Both the position numbers and the translations under genes were made by a program. Below are positions 38,841 through 52,570 of a stretch of 64,000 nucleotides of DNA, one piece after another. How positions within the stretch are numbered: the stretch's first letter is position 1; every line of letters begins with the position of its first letter. The notes beneath the pieces were generated by a model. That model was not told the origin of the DNA. It searched no databases and worked only from the letters and a program-made list of their open reading frames with translations. Source of the DNA: Octopus sinensis (taxonomy: Eukaryota); contig NC_042997.1 of NCBI RefSeq assembly GCF_006345805.1, positions 20,646,001-20,710,000 of the forward strand. Direction: 5' to 3'.

Positions 38841-39520
38841 CTGGTGCAATTTGAAGAAGAGAAGTGAAGAAGGAGATGGCATTAATAAAATCAATAAAAA
38901 TTTTAAGAACTCTAAAAGAAGCAATAGGGCTTTAAACAAATTATGCTGATAGATATTTCTGAGACTATCCATTCATTACAAACTCCTTATATTCAATCTC
39001 CTTGTACTTAAATCTGGAATCTCAAGAATTAAATCAAAATTAATACCTTAGGAGCCAACTTATTTGCAATGATCTTCATACTTTTCAATGTGATTGAGAT
39101 CCTCAAAGTCAAAAATCTAGATATTTCATATATTTCATTTGCACTTTATTTATCTTCTGATACATTTCTAATGAACTTAATTATTAATCCAGCGAGGAAA
39201 TACTTTGCTTCTTTCTTTCTTTCTTTTTTTCTTTCTTTCTTTCTTTCTTTCTTTTCTCTCAGATTTGTTTACAGGATTAAAAATATTGATGTATATTTTC
39301 TAGTGTGTTTTTGGAATATTTATTATCGGTGAGAGTTTTTATAATTTTATGCCGGAATGAGACTTATTTCCTTTCTTAATCTGCCACATCTGTTTAAATG
39401 CCTACTGTCTCAGAAACATGTATGGAAGTGAAACAGAATTTATATCTGTTAATCTTCTTATATAGAATTAAAAGGTATGGTAAAATGATTTTGATGATAA
39501 ATATGGAGATGATGGTGATA

Positions 39521-39553
<33 letters not shown>

Positions 39554-40279
39554 GTATTAATGTCAGATTTTAACTTCCGAGTGTATAGTCAGGTGTTGTT
39601 TAGTAAGATGGGATATGTTAAGACTTAGTATCTAAGAAATATCTGAGCCTTGACTCCGCACCATCATTATCGTCATTTAACTTCCACATTTCCATGCCTG
39701 CATGGTTCAGAGGGAATTTGTTGATGCAGTCTTTCTATGGTTTGACCCCTATCTATCACCAACCCCCATCTGTTTTCAAACAAGATAATATTTTTCTGTG
39801 GCCAGACATGTTTTTATGGAAGGCTAAAAATAATATTGCTTGATGTTCATTTATAACTATGACATGATGCCAAGACAAGGGTACACACAAATACACACAT
39901 ACACACACACATCATATAACGTCCATTTTCCATTGTGGCATGGGTTGGAGAGTCTGACAGGATCTAGCAAGCTTGGGAGCCATAGCAGGCTTTTTTGTCT
40001 GTCTTAGCATAGTTTCTACAGCTGGATGCCCTTTCTAATGACAAGTAACTATACAGAGTGTACTAGATGCTTCTTACAGAGCACCAATGATTTTTATATG
40101 GCACCATCACTGATAGGGTCACCAAGTACCTTGCAAGGCAAAAAAAAGTGGCAAAGACTTTCCTCAACTGGGAGTGGGGAAAAGTATTGTGGTGGTGGTG
40201 GTGGGGCTTTGTGCCAGTTGGGAGATTAAATGTATAAGAGGGACAGAGAAAGGTGTCTTGTTGTAGATACATGGATTAC

Positions 40280-41580
40280 CCAGCTGAATGGAAAGAAATG
40301 TGAGTTAGAAAGTAATATAAGTAGAATGATAGAAAGAAAGATGATGGTGAAGATGTGTTGGGACATGGCCTTATGAGATTTTGGGGTGGAGTGACAACAG
40401 GTGAAGTGATGCAAAGGTTTTGACTAGATGAGTGAGTAGGAAAAAGATGACTACAGCAAATTCATGGTCCATGTCACATTACCATTTATCATTGCACTTC
40501 ATATACATGCATCAGAGAGAGGAAGACCTTTGGTTGCCAATAGTAGTGAAAGCTCTCAGAACTTTCTCTATCCTATTCTTATCCTAGCTTTTGGTACATC
40601 CTTCTCCTTTGCTAATTAGGTCATCTAGATAGCAAGGTTTTCCACTACCTTTAGAGAACCTCTGGGGCATTTGGGAAATCAATTTCCCATCTATCTAGAC
40701 TTTACAGTTCCTGTGCTTCTTCCGCATACAAACATTATTTTTTGTTAACCTTCCTATTATTCCACTGCATATCTTGTGTGTCCATAGCTTGTACTGGGTA
40801 CACTAAATGGAATTTCTGCCTACACCTTTCCTTCATATCGAGCAGAGCCATTGAACTGAAGGGGTTAGAGTCATGTCTGCTTTCTTGCTTACTAGGTCCT
40901 TGGCCTTTGCTAAGTTAACTTTAAGGCCCTTCAATTCTAGGTTTTGCTTCCACACCTGAAATTTCTTCTCTAGTTCCATTATAGATTATGCTGTTAGAGC
41001 AAGCTCATCAGCACATAATATACTCTATGGGCAGCTGGTCCTAGATTTCTCTGTTATTACCTGGCCTAAGGTATGATGATGAATAGAACAGGACTGAGTA
41101 CCAAACCTTGGTGAACTCCTACACACCTGTACTTGTCCTGTACTGCTTTCACAAGCCATTCATCTATCCCTTGCTTGCTCAGAGACCACCATAACACAGA
41201 GCAAGGCACTTTGTCAAAGGTTCTCTCTCTCCTGATGAACAAATGCCAAGTACAATGGCTTATTCTTTGCTAAACACTTCTCTTATAGTTGCCTGGATAT
41301 GGAAATAGTATCACTAGTGCTTCTCCCCAACATCAAACTGCTTTTCATCTAGCCTAAATGTGTTCTTAATTAATTGGGCTATGGCACTTTCCCTAACTTT
41401 CATCGCCTAATCCAGCAATTTGTTGTATCTATGATTATTTCTATCTGAGTTATCTTCCTTGCCTTTGTAGCAGCTGGCTATGATGCTGCTACACCAATCC
41501 CTGAAGATCATGCCTTCCTGAATAACCTGATTAACTAGACAGTGCCCTACTCTACCAGATATTTTAAGCGTCTTAGCATT
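40280..41580 (-). mobile_element. Decayed RTE LINE reverse transcriptase region
   Basis: DWCSSIIASCYKGKED..RNNHR (RT N-terminal motif of the RTE clade), followed by GRSTSDTIF and later RT segments with stops. Confidence 0.8.
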
Positions 41581-41612
41581 GGCATACATACATACATACA
41601 TACATACATACA

Positions 41613-41644
<32 letters not shown>

Positions 41645-44600
41645 CTATTTAATAGACACATCTTTTTATGTGCTACTAATAGTTTCATATGCTGAGAAGT
41701 ACCTCAAACATATTCATCAGGCACAAACTACATATCATAGCAAACTAAAAAATGAATAAGAGAAGAAGCACAAAATGTTGAGATGGAAGTATACAGAAAA
41801 CATGGAAGGTTAAAAAACAAAAAACAAAAAATGGAAACTGAAAAAGTAAAAAGCAAAAAAAATGTAAAAGAGTTATCTCCTTTAGACCTTAAATTATAAG
41901 GCTAGAAAGATATCAACAAGTTAATCAGGTGTAGGCGGAATTTTTTAATTCTTCATGTTTACAATTGCTACAGTTCAGTAGTTAGTTAGGGTCTTACATC
42001 TGAAAAGGGTCTGAGCTTTTACAGTTACACATATATACGGACCTCTTTCTTTTGCTGTTTTCCAGATCCACTCCCAGGCTTTGGTCGACCAGGACCTATA
42101 GTAGAAGGCTATTGCCCAAGGTGCTGTACAGTGAGACTGAACCTGCGATCACATGGTTTGGCAGCAAGCTTCTTTACCACACAGCTATGCCTGCCATAAT
42201 CGTACATATTTACCACCGCCTAATACTCAGTGATCAACAAGCCAACGAGAAAACTTCATGATTATATAGTAAGCTAGAAATAGCAACCAAATCTTTCTCT
42301 TATCATATACTACTCTCACAAAGAGGAAGCATAAAGCAGTTATAATTTTACAATTTATTATGCATGCAAAAGTTTGATGGGGTGGTCCCAAATCGGATGC
42401 CTTTAATTATAGGTTCACATTATTAGAGCTAGCATGAAGCTAAATATAACTGTTTAGTAAATGCATAGTTGTGCACTTAAGAAGTTCATTTTGCATGAAT
42501 TGATTCTAGGTTTAGCACCTTGGGCAAATGCTTTTTACAACAGCTTCTGGTTGACCAATACATTGTAACTGGAACTGGGGGGGGGGGGAACTGGATTTTG
42601 ATGTTGGTTCCATATAAAATGCAATTGTGCTGGAGCCACATTAAAAGCACTGGTGTTAGTGCCACATAAAAAAGCACCCAGTATACTCTGTGGAGAAGTT
42701 GGCATTAAGAAGGGCATTCCAACTTTGGAAACCATGCCAGAACATATGCTGGTGATTGGTATGGCCTCATGGCCTTACCAGCTATGGTCAAACCATCCAA
42801 ACCATGCTAGCATGGAAAATGGATGTTGAATTACGATGATGATGATGATGATGAGGATGAAGACTATTACATGCACAAACATGAAAAAACATACCCTCCA
42901 TTATTACTATTGTCAAACAATGAAACACTGAATATCACCATTGTAGACTCAGAACCAATGACTAGTTATGATATAAAACAATAAACAAACAACTCATTAA
43001 CAGTAAACATCAATGTCAAATTTATCTATTAATAACTGGACAAAGCTACCACATCTTTAAGTATTGTAAGTTAATGTGTGCTTGGCAAGAATTATTTTTA
43101 TCAAACAGTAGCAAACAGTGAGGTATCTTTTCTTACATGCTAAACTATGCAACATTTGGTTAGAGCAGTATTAACATAGTTAATGTCATTAGCTAAAGAA
43201 TTTTAACAAATTAGAATTATATTACATCCAAGAAATTTAACCAGTTAAAGCAACATTTTACAGCAAAAGGATTATAACAAATTAAAATTATATCATTACA
43301 GCAAGAATTTTTAGCTAATCAAAATTAATTTAATGATCACTTTGTTATAAGAAAGGCAAAGAGAGGCAACACCTAAATTTTAATTAAATAAAATTAATTA
43401 AAAGCAGAATGTAAGCAATGTGTTTTTAACGACTTAGAGGGAAAAGAGCAATGCCTATAACTCCGATAAGGGCTTCCAAAATTCATGAGATGAAACAAAC
43501 CTGAATGCAAAAGCCTGCAGCAGAGTGGGGTCTAGTAAAAGCATAAGGGCCAATCGCTAGTGTTATACTGAGCAACGGTTGAGCTTATCACTCAAGAAAA
43601 GAAGTGTGAGTCTGATTATGGCAGCTGAGTGATGACTCTAGTCTAAGATATTACTCTTTTACTTGTTTCAGTCATTTGACTGTAGCTATGCTGGAGCACC
43701 GCCTTTAGCTGAGCAAATCGACCCTAAGACTTATTCTTTGTAAGCCTAGCACTTATTCTATCGGTCTCTTTTGCCGAACCACTAAGTTACGGGGATGTAG
43801 ACACACTAGCATTGGTTGTCAAGCGATGTTGGGGGGACAAAACAGACACACAAACACACACACGCAGACACGCACACACACACAGACATGCACACACACA
43901 CACACACACACATATATACATACATATATATGACGGGCTCCTTTCTGTTGCCGTCTACAAAATCTACTCACAAGTCTTTGGTTAGCCCGAGGCTATAATA
44001 GAAGGCGGTGAGCTGGCAGAAACGGTAGCACACTGGGCGAAATGCATAGCCGTATGTCGTCTGGCATTATGTTCTGAGTTCAAATTCTGTCGAGGTTGAC
44101 TTTGCCTTTCATCCTTTTGGGGTTGATAAATTAAGTACCAGTTACACACTGGGGCCAATGGAATCGACTTAATCGCTTTGTCTGTCCTTGTTTGTCCCCT
44201 CTGTGTTTAGCCCCTTATGGGTAGTAAAGAAATATATAATAGAAGACACTTGCCCAAGGTACCACGCAGTGGGACTGAACCCAGAACCATGTGATTAGTA
44301 AGCAAGCTACTTACCACACAACCACTCCTATGCCTAGTCTAAGATATCTTCAACAACTTTTTATAAAGCCTCTTTACTAAAGCATAACTATCAATAAATG
44401 TCTTGTCTAAAATATTAGGTATTTCTTCTCATCAATTAAGCGAAATATATCTGCCTTTTTTCTTTGTGAGTGGTGAGGGGTTGGGTAAGGTTTTGATCAG
44501 TCACTTTAAACCTTACTCCTTTGTGAAGTTTGTTGTCAATGTTTTTAATCTTTCAGAAATATCTTCAGTTTTTCTTTGATAGCTTTTAATTTAACCATTT

Positions 44601-45039
44601 TAATTTTATGTCTAGCATAAATAGCGTTAACAACTTGAGGATAATTTTCAGTTCAAAATAATTTTGACGAAATGAAAGTTCCTGTTAAGATCAATAATAA
44701 AGTATTAGCAAAGAATATCTAAAATGTTTCATCTTTTTTTATGAGCGACTTGTTTTGGATGCAAATTTTCTTAAGTGTTTTATCCATTAGTTAAGAAATC
44801 TTTCTTACTATAGAACATATTAGCATTCTATGGGCAAAAGCACCCCTTCTGAGTAAAATTAATTCTGATATGTCTATGAGTAACCTCAGTTGGCAGTGTT
44901 TATTAATGTGATTGCAATATCTCTAAGATAGATATATATCAGTTGCTCTGATTACAATTTGCAGGTAAATTTCTCACTTGCTTGCACTAAATTAATACTT
45001 TAATGCCTTCATATATAAAGTTATCTTATAATAATGATA

Positions 45040-45580
45040 ATGAAATTATTGTATACAGTACTCAGGTGCACTACAACTTGTCAAAAGTGCGTATAAAGCA
45101 TATGCAGTAATGTACAAATGTCTGGAAAGTGAACAGTGTATGAGTCAGATACATGCTTGTGTGTGTATGGAGGGGAGAAAATCAGGTATAGTGTTGGTGA
45201 ATCCCAGGAAGCATGGAAGTTTTGAAGAATGCAGTGCTCCAACAACTAACAACTTATGCCAGCAGTTTGTTCCATACTTCAGCAACTCTTAGCATGAAAA
45301 AATGTTTCCAAAAGTCATGGGAGCTGTGCTGTTTTCTGACTTTGTAAACATGTCCACAGGTGTTAGACAGGTGGAGTTTGAAAAGGTGCTCAGAGTTATT
45401 GTTAGTAAGATGATTAATAATTTTATGGGTGTCTGCCAAGTCAGCTGCCAGACATCGAAGTTTCAATGTATCCATGCCCAGGGAAGTAAGGCACTCAGAA
45501 TATGACAAATGCCTGATGGAGGGTATTCTCTTGGTTGCATGTTGCTGAACGGTTTCCAGATGATTAATATCCTGTGCAAG
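45040..45580 (-). mobile_element. CR1-clade LINE 3' fragment with 3' UTR; second UTR-only copy at ~45860-46085
   Basis: DINHLETVQQHATKRIP..LSYSECL..LGMDTLKLR..ADL..THKI...FFMLRVAEVWNKL is the classic CR1 RT C-terminus. Confidence 0.88.
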
Positions 45581-47647
45581 AAAATAATAAAGTTAATTTG
45601 TTATTTGCATTTACAACAAAACCTATTTAATAAATGAATCAGTTCCCATATTCATTGTGAAAATATTGGATATATTTTCAAATGAAGCAATTTCATGTCC
45701 TATGTCTATATTCTAAATTCTTTTGGTGAGATTTAGCTGATTGAAATATAATAAATGAAATTATTGGAACATAGAAATTTTTCCTTTGAAATTGTAATTA
45801 TTAGATTTTATATATTACTGCAGTTATAGAATAGTAATAAATCCTTACTTAAAATAATAACAATAATAATAATAATAATGAAATGATTGTATACAGTGCT
45901 CAGGTGCACCACAACTTGTCAAAAGTGCATATAGAGTATATGCAGTAATGTACAAATGCCTGGAAAGTTAACAGTGTATCAGATATATGCTTGCGTGTGT
46001 ATGGAAGGGAGAAAATCAGGTATAGTGTTGGCGAATCTCAGGAAGCATGGAAGTTTTGAAGGATGCAGTGCTCCGACAACTAACAACTGATGCTGGCAGT
46101 TTGTTAACTATTTGAATAAACAAAAAACACATTATGATAAAAATAACAGCAATATCAATAGCCTTATGGGGTTTAAAATTTCTTCAGGGATACCAATCAT
46201 TTCTTTGAATTCTTGAAGGAATAAGTTTCTCATTTAGTGAGCAAGTTCATGTAGTTTCTGCAGTGGCTGTTACAAAGGTCTTCAATCATTTTGAGTTGAA
46301 AGAAACATTGGATATCAAGTTATACACTATATGCCTTTATCTGCTAGAAACAGCAGCCAAATCTTCCTCAACCAGCATCACACTATCTTTAAAAAAAAAA
46401 AGAACTTAGATAGAATGTTGCTATTCATACCATGCTTGTAAAACCGACAGAATGGTCACAACAAGAATGTGCTTGATCATAGGTCTTCTACATCAGAACT
46501 AATCTAGGTTAAACAACAACAATAATACTGTATTCATGGTAAGTACAACATAGTCCTGATACAGACTGAAATATGACATATTGAGCTCACAAGTTCTTAG
46601 GGCTATAGCCAAATATTTAATCAATGGTTAATATTTTTCAGTATTTTAGGTTATGATAAACTTCTAATAAATTTGAGTTTGCCAGACACATACAACAACT
46701 TAGCTATCTAATAAACAATACCACCAATTAGATGTTGTTTATTTACAAATCATTATTTACAATTCATTACAATGAATGCATATAATGACATGCATTTTGC
46801 TTTCATCATCATCATCATCGTTTAACGTCCGCTTTCCTTGCTAGCATGGGTTGGACGATTTGACTGAGGACTGGCAAACCAGATGGCTGCACCAGGCTCC
46901 AATCTTGATCTGGCAGAGTTTCTACAGCTGGATGCCCTTCCTAACGCCAACCACTCCGAGAGTGTAGTGGGTGCTATTACGTGCCACCGGCACGAGGGCC
47001 AGTTAGGTGGTACTGGCAACGGTCACAGAAAATCGTGTTTTTTTTTGTATCATTTTGTAGTCTTGCCCTCTTCTTAATTTGTAAGTTACTTAATCAAACA
47101 TTTTTACAGACTTATGGCTGCAGATTTTGTAGGTAAGATTTAAGTCACAGAGTAACGTGGTGACTTTTTATCATTGCATTTTGTCTGTCTGGCATTCTTT
47201 ATGTTTATTTACCTGTCTATCTCTCTAACTATCTGTCTATCCATCTGCTTGTATATCAATTTTTCTTTTGAAACTATATGCAGATGTTTCACAAAATAAT
47301 TAACATGAGAATAATAACTGAAAAGGTGCAAAATGGCTCTTGAATCCCTAAATATGTTAGTCTAAAAATAAAGCATCTAATGTAAAACTTATACTCTTTT
47401 ACTCTTTTATTCTTTTACTTATTTCAGTCATTTGACTGTGGCCATGCTGGAGCATCACCTTTTAGTCAAGCTAATCAACCCCCGGAACATACTCTTTGTA
47501 AGCCAAGTACTTATTCTATTGGTCTCTTCTGCCGAACCGCTAACTTACGGGTACATAAACACACCAGCATCGGTTGTCAAGCGATGTTGGGGGGACATTC
47601 ACAGATACAGAAAACATATACACACACACATACATATATATATATAT

Positions 47648-47685
<38 letters not shown>

Positions 47686-47689
<4 letters not shown>

Positions 47690-48157
47690 AAACAAGTCAA
47701 AAATAGAAAATGCTAAAATAATTTTATAGTGAACATTTCAGTACCGGTTTCGGTCATTTTGAGACCTTTTCAACTGTAACGATTAAATAATTAAATTTAG
47801 AAAAATTAGAAGAAAAGTTTTTTTAAAAGAATATTTCTATAGTAGTGTTCAGATTTAAGTGACATTCTGCCTTTCTCTGACTCCCTTGTTTGCACTTGTG
47901 TGTCCACACACAAGTGCAAACAAGGGAGTCAGAGAAAGGCAGAATGCCACTTAAATCTGAACACTACTATAGAAATATTCTTTTAAAAAAACTTTTCTTC
48001 TAATTTTTCTAAATTTAATTATTTAATCGTTACAGTTGAAAAGGTCTCAAAATGACCGAAACCGGTACTGAGATGTTCACTATAAAATTATTTTAGCATT
48101 TTCTATTTTTGACTTGTTTTTTCATATATATCAACTCGTGTGTTCCTTTTCACCCTT

Positions 48158-48199
<42 letters not shown>

Positions 48200-48634
48200 A
48201 AACAAGTCAAAAATAGAAAATGCTAAAATAATTTTATAGTGAACATTTCAGTACCGGTTTCGGTCATTTTGAGACCTTTTCAACTGTAACGATTAAATAA
48301 TTAAATTTAGAAAAATTAGAAGAAAAGTTTTTTTAAAAGAATATTTCTATAGTAGTGTTCAGATTTAAGTGGCATTCTGCCTTTCTCTGACTCCCTTGTT
48401 TGCACTTGTGTGTCCAACACACAAGTGCAAACAAGGGAGTCAGAGAAAGGCAGAATGCCACTTAAATCTGAACACTACTATAGAAATATTCTTTTAAAAA
48501 AACTTTTCTTCTAATTTTTCTAAATTTAATTATTTAATCGTTACAGTTGAAAAGGTCTCAAAATGACCGAAACCGGTACTGAGATGTTCACTATAAAATT
48601 ATTTTAGCATTTTCTATTTTTGACTTGTTTTTTC
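47686..48634. mobile_element. Tandem pair of ~438-bp near-perfect palindromes (47686-48123, 48196-48634) with four U3-A8 minimal hammerhead motifs
   Basis: 218-bp arms with a 2-3 nt centre; motif cag-TTGAAAA-GGTC-tcaaaat-GACC-GAAA-CCGG-TA-ctg at 48033-48070 and 48544-48581 (+), 47739-47776 and 48249-48286 (-). Confidence 0.8.
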
Positions 48635-49734
48635 ATATATATCAACTCGTGTGTTCCTTTTCACCCTTATACATATATATATATATATACATATATACGA
48701 CAGGCTTCTTTTAGTTTCTGTCTACCTGGTTGGCCCGAGGCTATAGTAGAAGACACTTGCCGAAGATGCCATGCAGTGGAACTGAGCCCAGAACCATGTG
48801 GTTCATAAGCAAGCTACTTCTACGCTTATGCTGATAATAAAACTGATGGTGAGAAAGTATAGATGATTAATGAAAATTGAACTTACCAAGTAGAAGTTTG
48901 AACATGACCTGATCATTTAATGTATAATGGTTTATTGAGGAAGTGTAGATATTACTGTTGCTGAAATGACAAACATTTCCTCTAAGAACATTTAAAATTC
49001 AATAACTACGTGATATTAAGATGCATTGTGGCAGACAAATATAATGAGAAGAGGAAATTGTTGAATAATTTTGATTGATTAGAAAAATTGTAAGATTTAT
49101 TATTTGATTTAGCAGCTACTTAAATATACTTCATGTCAGAAATATAAGTTTTTGGACAACATATTTTCAGTATTAATTTTGTTATATTTTTTATTTGAAA
49201 TAAAAGCCTCATAATTAATTAACCAACATTAAAGTGTCTTCAATTTTCTTCTTTCTCTTCTTTCAATTTGCACTTAAGATAATTAAGCTGATTAAAATAT
49301 TAATTTGTCCACATGCTGCCAAGTAAGTAAAATACATTTTTCAATCATATATGACTTCAGCTAAGCATCTCTGACCAACCCTGGTGTATACTAAAATCAG
49401 ATAAGTTGAGGATGAGAAATTAAAGGTGTGGGGTATGAAACTAAAATCCAATTAAAGAATGCTGCTAAAGTGTTTCAATTAACTTCATTCGTCTGAATCT
49501 TCTGCTTACTTGGCTTGTCTCAAAAAATATAAGAAAATTGAGTGGATTGTAAGTAATGATTTAAACTATGTAAAATATGACAGAAATGTATAGATGCTTT
49601 GATAATAAGTTATTATGTTGAAATTATGTTAAAAAGAATATGTCTAGATGCTTGTATTTTTACTAAACATAAAATGACAGTATCATTCAAATCTATTTTC
49701 GAACATCAAAACAGCTGGAAATAATCAAATATAC

Positions 49735-49772
49735 TTGTGGAATTTTAAATGGCTGGGGAGTAATGGTGTTGG
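49735..49772 (-). CDS. Host gene exon candidate (phase 1 to 0): NTITPQPFKIPQ
   Basis: Acceptor gcttctttcacAG, donor caa|GTATAT; phase fits exon 49896-49956. Confidence 0.35.
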
Positions 49773-49895
49773 CTGTGAAAGAAGCCTGCTTAGAGAAGTC
49801 TGACTCAATCATTATTGGTTCCATTGTAGAAATGCAAATATTATCTCCAAAACATAAATGTAATTGAAATATGTTTTATTCATGGTAATAATTAC

Positions 49896-49956
49896 ATCTG
49901 ACTGGAACTGTAAATTCTATGAACCAGTCATAACAAGTCTCAATAGATTCCAGTCG
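49896..49956 (-). CDS. Host gene exon (phase 0 to 1): RLESIETCYDWFIEFTVPVR
   Basis: Acceptor aaatatttttAG, donor at|GTAATT; single open frame; phase fits exon 50921-51036. Confidence 0.55.
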
Positions 49957-50399
49957 CTAAAAATATTTAATAGGAGAGATTTCAGACTTAATAAGGCTTC
50001 AGACAAGAATCAGGTAATTTCAAATAAAGCTAAAAGGTTTATAACACATTATAACACAAAATGAAAATATTACATTGCCATGCATAATATAACAAAACAC
50101 AAAATAAACTTTTGCTTTTAAAAAACTTTAAATAAGTGTGTGTGAAATACATCATTATAAAACCCATGAGAAGGTCATTCATTGAATGGTTTGCTTACAT
50201 TTTTATATAATATAACTATGCTAAACAAGTAATTGACAAAATCAGATGAAGCAAAATTGTTGTGATGGTACAGCAGAAATTAAGTGCAAAATTATTTTTA
50301 AAATTCTAATTCCAATATTATACACAGAAACATGAAAGTAGATTAGTGTGAAAAGAATAAAAATTGAAATGTTTTTATATCAAGAACTGGAATGACCTG

Positions 50400-51338
50400 T
50401 GAGCACTAGTTGGTTAAAACTCTTTCAGTTGGAGTGATCCATTTATATAGCAACTTACATCAAAAAAAGGCAGACTAATTGACTGATAAAAAAGAAAAAA
50501 ACCAATCACATTCATTTGTAACTATGGCCACCACATTCTTTGTCAAGTCACTTCATGAATTTCTTGTTGCATTTCACAAGAAAGGAATCTGTGAAGGAAT
50601 CTGTAAGCTGGCAGAATCATTATTGCTTTGGACAAAAGCACTTGGTGGCATTCGTTTTAGCTTTAAGTTCTGAGTTCACATTCTACCAAAGCTAACTTTA
50701 TCATTCATCTCTTTTGAGGTCAATAAAATAAGTACCAGTTGAGCAGAGGAAGTGGTCATTGGCTGGCCCCCTCCCCCAAATTTAATGCCTAGTGCCTATA
50801 GTAGAGAGAATATGACAAGAAGATGTAGTTGTGACAATTATCTACACTGGAGTTGATAATTAGATATGTGCTGGCTGTTGCCATTATCAGTTCATTTTTA
50901 TGATATTCAATGTTATTTACCAACCCAAAGACAGCAACTAGCAATTGAAATAACACAAGTTCTGAACTATACTGGTTAATGATAGTCTGCTGTGATCTGA
51001 TTGTAGAATTACCAGTAAGACTGTATGACCTCCATCCTGTAAACGGGAAATATAACAGTGTCATTCTTAGACCAACAACATGGCAACTCTAGTTCATTAA
51101 CTTAAATATCTGTGTTTTTATGATCTCAAAATGGCTCAGTAGTCATCTTTTCCTCTCTGTGCAACTTTCAGTACCAAAATAATATCGCTGGAAACAGTGA
51201 GCACTTGTCGGTTAAAACTCTTTCAGTTGGAGTGATCCATTAACATAGCAACTTACATCAAAAAAAAAAAAAAAGGCAGCCTAATTGACTGATAAAAAAG
51301 AAAAGAACCAATCACATACATTTGTAACTATGGCCACC
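50400..51338 (+). repeat. Direct repeat pair (~135 bp; 50400-50531 and 51199-51338)
   Basis: gagcact..ggttaaaactctttcagttggagtgatccat...tttgtaactatggccacc occurs twice. Confidence 0.85.
50921..51036 (-). CDS. Host gene exon (phase 1 to 0): (G)WRSYSLTGNSTIRSQQTIINQYSSELVLFQLLVAVFGL
   Basis: Strong acceptor tatttcccgtttacAG, donor ttg|GTAAAT; lies within ORF-track entry 50789..51064. Confidence 0.6.
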
Positions 51339-51664
51339 GAATTTTCATTATTATTTGGTGGAGCAGAATAACACAAGAGAAGAAAAAAGTGTTAATACAT
51401 AATACAAATATGTGAAAGAACTAACTGGTCATGTAGTACATTGGCTCTTATAATTTCAAATATCACTTAACATTAAAAATTTTAGTGGTGGTGAAGAAGA
51501 AGAAGAAAATTATGATAAATCATAAAAGAGAGACAGGTCCTGTCAGTGGGCTGGTTCCTTTCCCAGCTCAAATTAGTACTTGATAATATCAAATGTGATT
51601 TCTTTAATCTAATTATGTCTATATAAAGACCTGACTTTAATCTGCTGACAAATACTTTTCTTAC

Positions 51665-51738
51665 ATTTGTATTTCACTAAATCTAGAAAGCTGTTGATCT
51701 AGTATGCTGAGTAGTTTTTCTATGTTGTTGTTTTTTAC
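51665..51738 (-). CDS. Host gene exon candidate (phase 0 to 2): VKNNNIEKLLSILDQQLSRFSEIQ
   Basis: Acceptor aatattacAG, donor at|GTAAGA; open helical-looking frame. Confidence 0.55.
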
Positions 51739-52570
51739 CTGTAATATTATACTTTCTTGATTGGCAGAATTGGTAGAGCAAAGAACAAAAAGCTCTGAGT
51801 TATCTGGTTTCAAATCCCACCAAAGCCAATGTTGTTTTTACCCTCCCTGGATCAATAAAATGAGGACTAGTTTGTTACACAATCAACTATAACCTTTCTT
51901 AAATTTGAAGCTTCATACATACAATAGAAATCATAGCTTCTGCTTATCTGAAAAAATCTGGCAATATCTTAAACTTAAAGCACCCAACTCCCTGTTTCTG
52001 ACAATTACCATCATAAGAGCTTTCTAACTGGTCATTCTAAAATAACATGCATACAACTACGTTTTCCTTGCACTTCATGCTAATATCTTCCTGTCATTTG
52101 ACTGGTTTCAACTCTTCATTGGCATTAAATCAGTCCCAGAGGCATTCTGTGATTGCTTCATTTCCTAGAAAGAACAGCCAAATATATCTTAAACCATGCC
52201 CTGCCTTCCTAAAATTCATCAAATTGGATAATGTATGCTAAAGCAGATTACCTCTAAAGAAAAGGCTGGAAAGTCATGGCTTGAATCTTCTTTTTTTGAT
52301 AAGTCTGGGTGATCAGGGTTTCAGGGTTGACTTGGAATTAAACAACATCTATCTCATATATATGAAAGTAGTTCTATAGATAAAAAAAAGTGGTTTGGTT
52401 ATGGTGACACCTTTATGAATTGAAATAGTAATCTTCATCTAATTGTAAGAAAGCATAGTGATAGTCTTTAATATGAGATTACATCCTGCTAAGCAGATGA
52501 AGTGCATATTTCCTCCTAGCAAAGCCATTTAACTACCATGAGTAACTTAGTTTTGGTATCTAATATTTAC

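Noticed and set aside
43137-43192. Exon candidate ANDINYVNTALTKCCI
   Set aside because: The frame hits TAG before the good donor, and the alternative donor (GTTTAG) is weak.
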